From an uncultured Planctomycetia bacterium (GTDB taxonomy: Bacteria > Omnitrophota > Gorgyraeia > 2-02-FULL-51-18): a DNA stretch of 64,000 nt. How positions within the stretch are numbered: the stretch's first letter is position 1; every line of letters starts with the position of its first letter. The translations under genes and the position numbers were made by a program. The DNA is taken from contig CAZXLF010000006.1 of the NCBI GenBank assembly GCA_964642015.1, positions 58,661 to 122,660 of the forward strand. The letters run 5' to 3'. A model generated the notes under the pieces. The model did not search any database. It was not told where the DNA came from and worked only from the letters and a program-made list of their open reading frames with translations. Below, in pieces: positions 1 through 10,924 of the stretch.

Positions 1-690
1 CGCCGCGATGACTATAAAACCCAAGATACCTAGATAACCGCACGGGTAGAACGCAATGCCGAATTTAGGCAAAAAATCCACGATAGCGATATAGGCGATG
101 CTGAACGCGGTCAGCAATGATTTGATTCTCGCTTTGTGCGTTTCAGTCTGCGGTTTTTTAAATTCCTGCCAATAATTCCAAAGGCTTAATGCCATGACGC
201 CAAAAAATAAAACAAGATATGGGATGCTGTACAGCTCGTATTCCGGATAATATCCCCACGCGTAGCGCCCCAACTTTTGAATAATAAGGTCCGTGCCGAT
301 AATGACGCCCGAACAAACAGCCGATAATATAAAGTTTACCCACACCCATTCTTTACGCGGACCGTAAAGGCGGAGCACGCGGACCGTGAAATAATAGATC
401 GTGGATGGGATAAAAGGCACGCCTACATAGGCCGCCTTAGCCCACCAAAGGGCGACGCGAGGATCGTGTGCGGAATACATCGCGGTAAAAGAAAAAAGCC
501 AAACGCAGGCGGGTAATGTCATCAGAAAAAACGCAGTACCTATTGCCGAATAACGCTCACGGATCAGTACGGAAAGTCCGAAAAATAATATGATGGCTGC
601 CGTTATAAAAACCGGTAACGCAAAGATATTCCAATGGTAACTGGATGAAAGAAAAACCTTCCAAAGAATATCTATAGAATTTTGAGGCAT
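1..690 (-). CDS. Integral membrane protein with a multi-TM sensor-like N-terminal domain; partial, runs off the window start
   Basis: Open minus-strand frame from an ATG (revcomp of 688-690) with no stop to position 1. The translation MPQNSIDILWKVFLSS... shows multiple hydrophobic helices. It is absent from the ORF track because it is truncated by the window edge. Confidence 0.45.
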   Translation of the reverse strand, partial: MPQNSIDILWKVFLSSSYHWNIFALPVFITAAIILFFGLSVLIRERYSAIGTAFFLMTLPACVWLFSFTAMYSAHDPRVALWWAKAAYVGVPFIPSTIYYFTVRVLRLYGPRKEWVWVNFILSAVCSGVIIGTDLIIQKLGRYAWGYYPEYELYSIPYLVLFFGVMALSLWNYWQEFKKPQTETHKARIKSLLTAFSIAYIAIVDFLPKFGIAFYPCGYLGILGFIVIAA

Positions 691-911
691 AGACTACCTT
701 TGAATTGTTAACCTTTAATAATATTAGTTAATTATACTTAAAATTATACCATATTGTAAACTGAAATTCCAATACCGGAACTTGTCAAGTCTGCTCAAAA
801 AGATAAGGGGGATGATTTCCAAGTTTCCGTGGATTTGATCTTCAAAAGAGACTCAAAAGGGATTGAATTAAACTTGAGAATCAAAGCATGCTGAAATATA
901 ATGTCTACTCC

Positions 912-2317
<1,406 letters not shown>

Positions 2318-2318
<1 letters not shown>

Positions 2319-2923
2319 TGAAACCGTTCCGATCACATAAAGGATTGATCGTAACCCTAGACCGTTCGAATGTCGACACAGATCAGATCATCGCTAAACA
2401 ATTTTTGAAATCCATTGCGCGGACGGGTTTTGGGGAACATTTGTTCCATGATTGGCGGACGCTTCCTAACGGAAAACCCAATTTCGACTTCCCTCTCAAC
2501 CAGCCGCGATTTAAAAATGCGTCCATTCTGGTGGCAAGAAGCAATTTTGGTTCCGGCTCAAGCCGCGAACACGCAGTCTGGGCGGTTCAACAATATGGAT
2601 TTCAGGTAGTCGTCGCTTCAAGCTTCGCCGACATTTTCAAAAATAACTGCTCTAAGAACGCTTTATTGACCATTGAGCTGTCGGAGACCGAGATAGATGA
2701 GATCTTCCGGATGGTTGAAAGATATCCGGGGCTTCAGGCGACTGCCAACGTCGATGAGCAACGACTGACACTGCACTTGCCCGAGGAGATCTCATTCCAC
2801 TTCGACATCGATGCAGGAGTAAAAGAGCGTCTGATCCACGGGTTTGACGATATCGGTTTGACTTTAAAAAAAGAGAGCGAATTAAAGGCCTTCGAGAAAA
2901 AACACGACGTACAGCTGGCTTAA
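2318..2923 (+). CDS. leuD: 3-isopropylmalate dehydratase small subunit
   Basis: MKPFRSHKGLIVTLDRSNVDTDQIIAKQFLK matches the LeuD N-terminus. Its ATG overlaps the leuC stop (taATG), consistent with translational coupling. Confidence 0.9.
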
Positions 2924-3297
2924 TCTTTTCTGTTCTTTTCTTCGGATAAAAATTTCTCCACGGTTTTTTCGATCATCTCAGCGTCCGCGTTGTTGATCTC
3001 AGTGAAGTAAACTCCCGCCTCATAAGTGATCGGGTTACCGCTGGTTTCCATACGCACGACCTTGCCTATGCAATGGATCGGATTTTTATTCAAAGCGATG
3101 TTGATCTTCAGGTTAAGCGTCGTGCCTATTTTCAATTCATCATCATAATTAAAAAGCAGGCCGCCCTTGCTGATATTTTTGATCAGGATCATGTCCCAAT
3201 CTTTGGAAACGCCCTGAAACTGCATCCTGACAATAAACTGTTTATTGAGCCGTTTGAACTTTCTTTTTTCTGCGCCTGCGTATTGTGTTTGATCCAA
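2920..3297 (-). CDS. PilZ domain protein (c-di-GMP binding family)
   Basis: N-terminal KRKFKRLN (RxxxR-like) and a DxSxGG-like NISKGGL motif typical of PilZ. Confidence 0.65.
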   Translation of the reverse strand: MDQTQYAGAEKRKFKRLNKQFIVRMQFQGVSKDWDMILIKNISKGGLLFNYDDELKIGTTLNLKINIALNKNPIHCIGKVVRMETSGNPITYEAGVYFTEINNADAEMIEKTVEKFLSEEKNRKD

Positions 3298-3459
3298 CTT
3301 TGGACTCCTTTGATATCCCGCGCCAGTACACCCTGCCTGTGACCGTTTAATACTTTAAATTATAGCTCGCAATATTTCAAATTTTTTATTTATCTTTTAG
3401 CCCGAAAATAGTATCCTAACCTCTTTTGATTCGCAAGCAAATCTGAGGTGAGGTAAAAT

Positions 3460-3894
3460 TTGAAGAAAACGTTGTTGGTCTTTCTGATAGTCGCCGGTGC
3501 AGGCTTTTCGAAAGAATCCTACGCTCAGCCCAAAGTGTCTCCTCAAGCAATAGAAAATTTCGTAAGAAGAATGTGCCCGATGACCAATGATCCGCGCGGA
3601 GCGCTGCTTGAGAAAAGATTCCATATCACCGAATACCGAGACGGCAAATGGACATGCGATGACCGCGCCGAAGTGGCCAAGAGAGTTGCCATCGCCTACG
3701 GCTATGGCGCTGTTTACGGGATCGACAAAACTTCGGATCCCAATGTCTTTCACCGCTACGTGATCTTGTCGGACAAAGAGGGTCATCAGCATACGATCAT
3801 GAGATCGCGCGTTGATCCCCCTCCTCCGCCTACATCAGCACAGATTTTAATCCAAAGCCACAGGGCTCTTCCGGCTGCTTTGCATGGCTTTTAA
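3460..3894 (+). CDS. Secreted hypothetical protein with signal peptide
   Basis: N-terminal signal peptide MKKTLLVFLIVAGAGFS and a Pro5 tract; no recognisable family. Confidence 0.45.
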   Translation: MKKTLLVFLIVAGAGFSKESYAQPKVSPQAIENFVRRMCPMTNDPRGALLEKRFHITEYRDGKWTCDDRAEVAKRVAIAYGYGAVYGIDKTSDPNVFHRYVILSDKEGHQHTIMRSRVDPPPPPTSAQILIQSHRALPAALHGF

Positions 3895-4464
3895 AAGCTT
3901 CTCGTGATGCTGTTCCAATTTTTTCAATGACGCCTCAAGCATTCCGACTTTTTTCTCTAGCTCAGAATTTTTTGATTCCAGCTCTTCCTTCTTTTTAAGT
4001 TCCGCGGCAAGCTGAGTCGAAATGCCCTGAAGTTTCGAAGCCAGATCACCGATCTCTGCATTCTTCTCTTTCAATTGCTCGCCGAGCTTCTCTGCATCAG
4101 ATTTAGACCTGGCTTCCAGTGCGTTCATCTCTTCCGATTTTTCTTTAAGCGCAGTTTCGTGTTTCTCCGCATCCTGCTTCATCTGTGCATCAAGCTTGTT
4201 CAACTCCTCATTCTTCTGGCCTATTAAAACGCTGTATCGGTCATTGGCGTCTTTTAATTTTGCGGTCAGGTCATCTATCTGATTCTGTAATTCGTTAGTT
4301 ACGTCGATCTTGTCGTTGTTCAACGTGTCGATCTTAGATTGAAGCTGTTGAACTTTGGCTTCGGCGGCATTAGCCCGGCTATTTTCTCGGATGCAAAGAA
4401 ATAGCAAAATGAATAAAGCTGCAACAAGCGCGATCGTGATCGATCTCTGCTGTGATATGCCCAT
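3847..4464 (-). CDS. Membrane-anchored coiled-coil protein
   Basis: N-terminal TM helix followed by a Lys/Glu/Leu-rich heptad-like sequence. Confidence 0.45.
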   Translation of the reverse strand: MGISQQRSITIALVAALFILLFLCIRENSRANAAEAKVQQLQSKIDTLNNDKIDVTNELQNQIDDLTAKLKDANDRYSVLIGQKNEELNKLDAQMKQDAEKHETALKEKSEEMNALEARSKSDAEKLGEQLKEKNAEIGDLASKLQGISTQLAAELKKKEELESKNSELEKKVGMLEASLKKLEQHHEKLLKAMQSSRKSPVALD

Positions 4465-4527
4465 GGCGTTCTCCGTCGCTGAATAGTGTGTGTTTCGGGA
4501 AAATATGGTAACAGATTTCGGGAAAAT

Positions 4528-4558
4528 AAAAAACCGCCGGAATGGCGGCCTTTGGATA
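4528..4558 (-). terminator. Rho-independent terminator-like hairpin (GGCCGCC/GGCGG stem then U-tract on the minus strand)
   Basis: Plus strand reads aaaaaaccgccggaatggcggcctttgg; the revcomp gives a stem followed by TTTTTATTTT. Confidence 0.4.
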
Positions 4559-4583
4559 TAATCGTTTTCTAAAAACTTAAACT

Positions 4584-4730
4584 ATTTGTCCCACCAGGAC
4601 AAAATCACGGGCACTGCTAACGGCTGAATATTGCCAATTTCAGCCAGGTATTTTCTGAATCGGCTGATCGTCGATTCTTCAAGCTGGATATCCATTCTCT
4701 GATCCATCAGTTCATGGTATTTCATCTCGC
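4584..4730 (-). CDS. Small ORF (48 aa) with a strong RBS
   Basis: MKYHELMDQRMDIQLEESTISRFRKYLAEIGNIQPLAVPVILSWWDK. It is preceded by AGAGGGGGG 6 nt upstream and followed by the hairpin+U-tract at 4528-4558. It falls below the ORF-track length cut-off. Confidence 0.3.
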
Positions 4731-4817
4731 CCCCCTCTTTTAAAGATGGTCCTATGATGCCATAGCCACGTTAAAATATTATGAACCGATTGTAAATTCT
4801 ATGTTAACAAGTTGAAA

Positions 4818-6608
4818 CTACTGAAAGAGCTTGCTGAGGACTTTTTGATAGGATTGCTCTTGCGTTCCGTCGCCCGAAGACGCGGCGGCCGATGAGGAAG
4901 ATTGACCCTTCGCGATCGCTTTTTGGAGCGCCTGCGATATCAACTCGTTGCCCTTAGTCTCCATGACCTTGGAAAATATAAAACTCATATCAGGCTCAAT
5001 GACGAGATTGCGCACATTGCCACGTATTTTTACAGGGATCACAAGTCTTTTATCATTATCCAAAATATACTGGATCTGCGGAGCGCTCTGTGCGATGACC
5101 TCTGAAAGTCCGGGATCGATCACGAACGTAGCATCAAAACTGACCGCACCTTCCAAACTCACTCTCCCGGCCGTGCGCAATTCAAAACCCTCCAGCACGA
5201 TCTCAAGGTTAGGAATCATCAACACGCCATCCGTGATCTCCACAGGAAATTGTATCGGCGGCAAAATCGTATCATGTTTTTCAAAAATATGCTTATACTG
5301 CAAAGGCAATTGGTTATTGACTGCATCCCCGACGCCTGGAATCTGAGACAATTTATCAAACACAAGTTTCAGGATGTTGAGATTCACGATGGCGCCTTCA
5401 GTCAAAGAAATACTGCCTTTTCCGGTCAAGCTTTTAGAGATCGGGGGCCAAGTCAGGCCGTTAGCCTCTCCATTGAATGTGGCAGAAAAATTTCCATGAA
5501 GCTGGGGCGTATAAGCCTGCGGTTTTGGTATGGCTCGAGCCAATGAAATTTTTTCGACGCGGAGTCCTACCATGGATTGGGGAGCAGCGCCCATATAATT
5601 TTGCGAAGCACCGGTAGCGGTGACTTTTCCATCAGCAAAATCCGCAGAAAAATTCTTCAGTTGGAGCTGAGTCCCTTTTGCATTGGCTTTAAAATTCACA
5701 TTCTCAAGCGGGCTCATAAGCGATGCGGTAAAAATCCGGCCTCCCGTCAGATCAACATCAGCATCCAGATCCGAAAGGCCTTTTCCATCAATCTTCAAAT
5801 GCCAAATCGTTCCGTCCAAACGGCCCAAGAGTTTGTCTTGAAGTCCTGCGCTTTTAAGCGAAGGGGCCGCATCCATCAGCTGATCCAGTTTAATATTCGC
5901 CAAGTCAAGACTAGTCTTGAACTCCTCAAGCACATAAGGTCCTGTCATGGATGCAATGCGGATACGGCCTTCCAAATGCAAGTTTTGTGTGGAATTAAAA
6001 ATACCCATATTCGCTTGAAAATCGACCGTATTAGAAAATGACAGATTTTTGATCAAAATATCCAGACGATGGATAGGCATCTGCAGCGGCGCGGAAGGAG
6101 ATCTGTCGTAATAGCCGATCTCGGCACCTTCTACTTTGACACTGCCGATAATGACAGCGGCCGCAAGCGATGCTGACTCTGAACGGGCGTGATTAGAAGA
6201 TTTGGCTTTATTAGGAGGGGGTGGGTTGATGCCATTAATATGAATGGAGCCATCCGCTTCTTTGATGACATTGAACTTGGGCCGTACCAATCTGATCGAA
6301 CCAATCTCCAGCCTTTTGCCTAGAAGCGGGAGCAGACGTACGCTTAGAACAGCGCGCTCCAAGTAAAGCGCGGGCCTGTCCAAAGTTTTCTTGTCACGAT
6401 AGATAGCCAGCTCTCGGAGCTCAAGCGCAACACCATTGCTCCATCCCAAGGATATCTCGCCGATGGCTACAGGGCTTCCAATGGCCGATTCAATACCCTT
6501 CGTGATTTGTGTTTTATAGTGATTAATATCAAATGTAGCCAGAAAAATAGCTAACACCGTGCCAAGAGCGACGGCAGTCCCTATGATGCCTATTAATATT
6601 TTTCTCAT
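4818..6608 (-). CDS. AsmA-family outer-membrane biogenesis protein (N-terminal anchor)
   Basis: 596 aa with an N-terminal TM and long beta-rich repetitive architecture typical of the AsmA/TamB-like family. Inferred from architecture. Confidence 0.5.
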   Translation of the reverse strand: MRKILIGIIGTAVALGTVLAIFLATFDINHYKTQITKGIESAIGSPVAIGEISLGWSNGVALELRELAIYRDKKTLDRPALYLERAVLSVRLLPLLGKRLEIGSIRLVRPKFNVIKEADGSIHINGINPPPPNKAKSSNHARSESASLAAAVIIGSVKVEGAEIGYYDRSPSAPLQMPIHRLDILIKNLSFSNTVDFQANMGIFNSTQNLHLEGRIRIASMTGPYVLEEFKTSLDLANIKLDQLMDAAPSLKSAGLQDKLLGRLDGTIWHLKIDGKGLSDLDADVDLTGGRIFTASLMSPLENVNFKANAKGTQLQLKNFSADFADGKVTATGASQNYMGAAPQSMVGLRVEKISLARAIPKPQAYTPQLHGNFSATFNGEANGLTWPPISKSLTGKGSISLTEGAIVNLNILKLVFDKLSQIPGVGDAVNNQLPLQYKHIFEKHDTILPPIQFPVEITDGVLMIPNLEIVLEGFELRTAGRVSLEGAVSFDATFVIDPGLSEVIAQSAPQIQYILDNDKRLVIPVKIRGNVRNLVIEPDMSFIFSKVMETKGNELISQALQKAIAKGQSSSSAAASSGDGTQEQSYQKVLSKLFQ

Positions 6609-6629
6609 TTATTCACGATCTCTTAAAAT

Positions 6630-7163
6630 TCAGCTTTGTACTTTCTTAAAACTTTTAATCACTATCGGACGGCCGTTCCTGTCCACATAGGTCAACACAA
6701 TATCTCCCTGATGAGGCATCTGATCTCTCTTGGCTGCAGGAAGTTTTACCAGCGCTTCCGCCGGAAGATCTTTTGTCACATAACTGCACATACAGCGCTC
6801 AGGGTTTGGGGACTCGAGCTTAGTAATGCTTAGGACGCTTCCTTCATCGATACTGTACTTAGAAGTTGACGCGGCTTTGTTGAATTTATTAATCAGCGCT
6901 TTATCAGTTGAGATCGGCGTGGTGGAAATAACCTGCTTCACATCGCCTTTTCTGTCGAACATCAATCTCTGATAAGGCCAAGCAAAGGAATCTTTGGGAT
7001 CGATCTTGATCTTGGTGTTGATATCCCTCATATCCCAGGTGCCGATCAAATCCGACATAAAGCAGGGTCTGACTCCCTTCTCCGTCGCCGCAAAGACCGA
7101 ACACTGATATCCGCCGAGAAAAACAAAAAGGAACGACCAAACAAAAAGCTTGCAAAACCGCAT
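6630..7163 (-). CDS. Secreted hypothetical protein
   Basis: Signal peptide MRFCKLFVWSFLFVFLGG...VFA. Confidence 0.4.
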   Translation of the reverse strand: MRFCKLFVWSFLFVFLGGYQCSVFAATEKGVRPCFMSDLIGTWDMRDINTKIKIDPKDSFAWPYQRLMFDRKGDVKQVISTTPISTDKALINKFNKAASTSKYSIDEGSVLSITKLESPNPERCMCSYVTKDLPAEALVKLPAAKRDQMPHQGDIVLTYVDRNGRPIVIKSFKKVQS

Positions 7164-7175
7164 GGATGCTTCCTT

Positions 7176-7334
7176 TCAATATATCGAGTTTTTAACGGAC
7201 GACCGCCCGCTCAGTAAATTTTGAGCCGCAGTACTCGTGCTTTCTATATCCTTTCCCAACCCCTTCATGGTCTCGCACCCGACCAAAGACAAGGCCAAAC
7301 AAAGAAACGCGGCCACAATGAGCAATCGGTTCAT
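7176..7334 (-). CDS. Entericidin EcnA/B-family small lipoprotein
   Basis: MNRLLIVAAFLCLALSLVGC lipobox, then ETMKGLGKDIESTSTAAQNLLSG resembling entericidins. Start moved to the internal Met. Confidence 0.5.
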   Translation of the reverse strand: MNRLLIVAAFLCLALSLVGCETMKGLGKDIESTSTAAQNLLSGRSSVKNSIY

Positions 7335-7344
7335 CGCGCCACGC

Positions 7345-7755
7345 TTAATCCCATTCTTCACTCCAAGCAAGGATCTCGCTGAAGGCCTGTTTTTGAGAAT
7401 CCAGGATCACAAAAATATTCTCTAATTTAAGGATCTGGAGCATGCTTCTCAGAGATTCGGGAATATTCATCAGGCCTAATTTAAAATTTTTCTGTTTTAA
7501 CTTCGAAAGCACTTTAACAAATCCGGCCACAGCCGCTGAGTCCACTTCTTCCACGCGTTTTAGGTCAAGCAGCACGCTTTTGTTGACCTTACTGTCCTTT
7601 TTCTTCGTATCCTGCAGAAAAGCCTGCACTTCCTGTATCGTGGAAATATCAAGGCGGCCTTTTAATTTAACGATCTTCAAATGCGGGTACTCATCCATAC
7701 TTTCCACAAATGAAGGAAGATCATCTTTGCCGCTATTAAAAAAACTGATGGCCAT
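7345..7755 (-). CDS. STAS-domain anti-sigma-factor antagonist
   Basis: SpoIIAA-like STAS core (LDLKRVEEVDSAAVAGFVKVL...). Start at an internal ATG. Confidence 0.55.
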   Translation of the reverse strand: MAISFFNSGKDDLPSFVESMDEYPHLKIVKLKGRLDISTIQEVQAFLQDTKKKDSKVNKSVLLDLKRVEEVDSAAVAGFVKVLSKLKQKNFKLGLMNIPESLRSMLQILKLENIFVILDSQKQAFSEILAWSEEWD

Positions 7756-7905
7756 GCTTTTTATATAATTCCGTGATGTAATTATCCTATTGAATCGCGG
7801 AATAGTCAAATAAACAAACGAGTCTTATTTATCACCAAAAAAATCCCGGTCAGTTATATGCTGACCGGGATCTTATAATAAGCGTACAGTCGTGAAAATA
7901 CAGGG

Positions 7906-8187
7906 TTATGGCTTACAAACTGCGCAAGGTTTATAACCTGCCTTCTCGGCTTCCGCCTTTGTTTTGAAGGTAATCTTATTTTCGGGCTTGATATTCTTCG
8001 CAAGACCGCATGTCGCTCTGTGATATTTGCCGCCCTCTTTTGATGCTACAAGAAGCTCTGCTTTCTTTTGAACTTTCTTGGAAGCATCAACAGTTTCGGC
8101 TGCGAATACCGGTGCGGTAGTTTGAAGAAAAAGTGCGGCCGCCAGAACCAATAAAGTATTTGCGAACATGATTTTCAATAGTTTCAT
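7906..8187 (-). CDS. Secreted protein with an Ada-like Zn-binding domain
   Basis: Signal peptide plus KYHRATCGL...KITFKTKAEAEKAGYKPCAVCKP, which aligns to the Ada N-terminal Zn site (FCRPSC...SFYANASEALAAGFRPCKRCQP) with His replacing the first Cys. Confidence 0.45.
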   Translation of the reverse strand: MKLLKIMFANTLLVLAAALFLQTTAPVFAAETVDASKKVQKKAELLVASKEGGKYHRATCGLAKNIKPENKITFKTKAEAEKAGYKPCAVCKP

Positions 8188-8340
8188 CGGATCTCCTTTT
8201 TTCTATATTATCGGCGCTTTTTTAAGCGTCGATAGTACAAGCTTATAGCAAACTACCTATCGCTTGCATGAATTTTGGATTACAAAATGTTCATGTTGAG
8301 CGGCAGTTCCGCCAGGAACAGGCCTGTGGATTAGCAAAAA

Positions 8341-8994
8341 TCAATTACCTTTTTCAGAGTCGCCGACGGCATTCTCCGCATCTTTCTTTGCTTTTTCGAT
8401 CATGTCCTGCACAGATGAAGTGTTAGTGCCCTGATACATAGACGCCATGTTAGGGATCGCCATGGATTGATAATCCGACGGGACCTCAAATAACGATTCC
8501 GGCTGCGGGTTTGCGCTGATATTTTTATACTCCACGCTCCATTTCCCGTCTTCGGACGCCACCTTGACCGGAATGCCGTTCGAATCGATCCACTGGAATA
8601 CCGTCGTGGTCCCTTGTCCATCTTTGTAAGTCACTCTAAATTTATCGGTATCTTTCCCATCGATCGTCTCTTTACCCATGGCCACACGGTCGACTTCCCC
8701 TTCGGATTGCACAGCTGTCTTTGCCGCCGCCAATCTGTCGATCGGATGCTCCATATACATTTTCTCGGACGGCATTAAAACATAAGATACTTTACGGTCC
8801 AGACGCGAGATCGTGATCGCCTCCGGCATCTCAAAACGCATTTTATCCTTGGACACGAACATTTTTCCCGACATTGTCTGACCGTCAGCCTGAGTAATCA
8901 CATCGGCTGAAAATTCCGGCTGTTGTGCGGCCAAGACTGGCACGGTAAATATCGCCGCTGAAATTAAAATCGCCTGGATAATCTTGCGAATCAT
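8341..8994 (-). CDS. Secreted DUF4412-like (LolA-fold) protein
   Basis: Signal peptide and overall resemblance to DUF4412 periplasmic proteins. From family recall. Confidence 0.45.
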   Translation of the reverse strand: MIRKIIQAILISAAIFTVPVLAAQQPEFSADVITQADGQTMSGKMFVSKDKMRFEMPEAITISRLDRKVSYVLMPSEKMYMEHPIDRLAAAKTAVQSEGEVDRVAMGKETIDGKDTDKFRVTYKDGQGTTTVFQWIDSNGIPVKVASEDGKWSVEYKNISANPQPESLFEVPSDYQSMAIPNMASMYQGTNTSSVQDMIEKAKKDAENAVGDSEKGN

Positions 8995-9027
8995 GAAACA
9001 CTCCTCTCTTTTGTTTTCTAAAAAAAT

Positions 9028-9066
9028 CCCCCGCTTCCTTTTCAGAAAGCGGGGGATGTTCAGAAC
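9028..9066 (-). terminator. Rho-independent terminator downstream of the cold-shock gene
   Basis: atcccccgcttcc...ggaagcgggggat stem followed by a T-run on the minus strand. Confidence 0.55.
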
Positions 9067-9076
9067 TAACGTCTTC

Positions 9077-9283
9077 TTATGAAAGCTTAACGACGTTGGT
9101 GGCTTGCTCGCCCTTGGGGCTGCTCACGATATCAAAAGATACCTGCTCGCCCTCTGCTAAGGTCTTAAAACCCTCGCCTTGGAGCGCTGAATAATGGACG
9201 AATACGTCCTTCTTACCGCCCTCGGGGGTGATGAAACCATAGCCTTTTTGGTCGCTGAACCACTTGATTGTTCCTTTTGCCAT
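9077..9283 (-). CDS. cspA: Cold-shock protein (CspA family)
   Basis: [18 protein letters not shown]...VFVHYSAL carries the RNP1/RNP2 motifs. About 180 nt of upstream leader. Confidence 0.9.
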   Translation of the reverse strand: MAKGTIKWFSDQKGYGFITPEGGKKDVFVHYSALQGEGFKTLAEGEQVSFDIVSSPKGEQATNVVKLS

Positions 9284-9467
9284 TTAATGTTACCTTCTTT
9301 TATTTTACTTATTGTGACTAATGTCTTTGGCCCTACAAAACAAAAAAACCGCGAATTAAGTAAGGTCCGCGGCTTCTATAACATATTCTGTGTAAGCTTC
9401 AAAAACAACCTATACTAACTACGGTCTGAAGTATAACAGAATCCGACGGAATGTCAAGCAATCGATC

Positions 9468-9926
9468 TCATCCTCTGTTTAGGGCCTTGCCGGAATACTC
9501 CAACATCTTCTTTTCCGTCCAGCGGACAGCTTCATCGAACTTTTTCCGGTCAATCTTGAAATCCCTGATCTTTTGATCATGGCTTTTCTGCAAGTAAACC
9601 AAAAGATCATTACTTAAGATCTTAACGGAGCTTTCGATCTGCGATTTTATGGTCGTTTCCGGAAAATAAACACGTTCTACTTTCCGGCCGGGCATTTCAT
9701 CCACGTGAATGTGATAATGCCCCCGCCCCTCTCCGAAGCAATCGCACCGAATAACCTCTCTATCATGGATATAAAGAGAAGCTGCGGGTCCCGCGCCAAT
9801 ATCGAGAACTTTCCAGAATACATGAATGCAGGCGCCTTTTTGGATAGGACGGCAAACAAGATCTTTTCTTACTTTGATAAAACGCCTTGCGATCCTGTTT
9901 TTAATGATCCGCAGGCCCGCGAACAT
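9468..9926 (-). CDS. Hypothetical protein, co-oriented with and overlapping the upstream GT-A gene
   Basis: 152 aa with no recognisable motif; 1-nt overlap with the glycosyltransferase. Confidence 0.35.
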   Translation of the reverse strand: MFAGLRIIKNRIARRFIKVRKDLVCRPIQKGACIHVFWKVLDIGAGPAASLYIHDREVIRCDCFGEGRGHYHIHVDEMPGRKVERVYFPETTIKSQIESSVKILSNDLLVYLQKSHDQKIRDFKIDRKKFDEAVRWTEKKMLEYSGKALNRG

Positions 9927-10924
9927 TATTTTTTAAACCATTCACCATAACCGAGAAGTTGCGCTTTCAAAGCTCTTAATAACTTCCGCGGAATGCCGAA
10001 CCAGGATTTTATCTGATAGCCGCATTCATCCAAAAATAATCCGAACCGCGACGGGAACATTCTAGGCACCAAGCCAAGCTTGGCATTCAAGATCACTAGA
10101 AAATCAAGCCACCTTCCGCCTTCGGTGATATCAATGTTCCATTTTTTCTTGAAATGCTCATAACCCGCAGCGATCGCAGCAGTGTCCCATTTGAATAAAA
10201 AAGGAGGGATATCTTCAACGTGCGTGATACGGACCGGATAATAAAAATACACGACTGACGCCGGCTCGAACCACATCGTGCATCCGGCCTTCGCCCAGGT
10301 GAGTCCGGAATCAACTTCTCCCACTTCCCGCAATTTTTCATCGTAGACGCCGAGCTTTCTGGCTGTTTCCGCGACGACCAATTGACAATGAAGCTCGCCG
10401 TAGCCGGTCGGCTCGCGTTTTAAATTGCAATTTTCATAAAAAGCCTGCCGGCCATAACGCAGTTCTTTGCAACCAAACGCCTGTCCATTCTTATAAGTAA
10501 TGTAAAGATCGTTCCCGGCTGTGTGGATCTCGTTTTCTTCATCCAATACGATCGGCACGACCATCGCAGCGCCTGTTTCATTCAGGCATCGGATCAAAGG
10601 CGCAAGCCAGCCGGGCCTGACAAAAACGTCGTTGTCCATCAGCATAGCTAGCCGCGTTTTGACTTCACGTAAACCCACATTGCGTGATTCGGAAGGATTT
10701 AACAGTCTTGGACCAAATAAGAAACGAACCTTTCCTTCAAAATCCTTTTTCAATTCGCTTTGGACATTCGCCGGCGCTCCATCCATCACCGCAATAAACT
10801 CGTAAGGCTCGGGAGTATTTCGGATGATATGATCCAAACATTTTTTGGTCGTCGAAAAACGGTCTCTCACCACGACGACAATCGTGCATTTTTCAATATC
10901 GCTCATATCAGATATCAACCCCAA
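9926..10924 (-). CDS. GT-A fold glycosyltransferase (family 2-like), paralogue of 36240-37163
   Basis: N-terminal Rossmann-like region TIVVVVRDRF...EFIAVMDG and a DxD motif (LMDNDVFV). About 50% identical to the second copy. Confidence 0.65.
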   Translation of the reverse strand: MGLISDMSDIEKCTIVVVVRDRFSTTKKCLDHIIRNTPEPYEFIAVMDGAPANVQSELKKDFEGKVRFLFGPRLLNPSESRNVGLREVKTRLAMLMDNDVFVRPGWLAPLIRCLNETGAAMVVPIVLDEENEIHTAGNDLYITYKNGQAFGCKELRYGRQAFYENCNLKREPTGYGELHCQLVVAETARKLGVYDEKLREVGEVDSGLTWAKAGCTMWFEPASVVYFYYPVRITHVEDIPPFLFKWDTAAIAAGYEHFKKKWNIDITEGGRWLDFLVILNAKLGLVPRMFPSRFGLFLDECGYQIKSWFGIPRKLLRALKAQLLGYGEWFKK

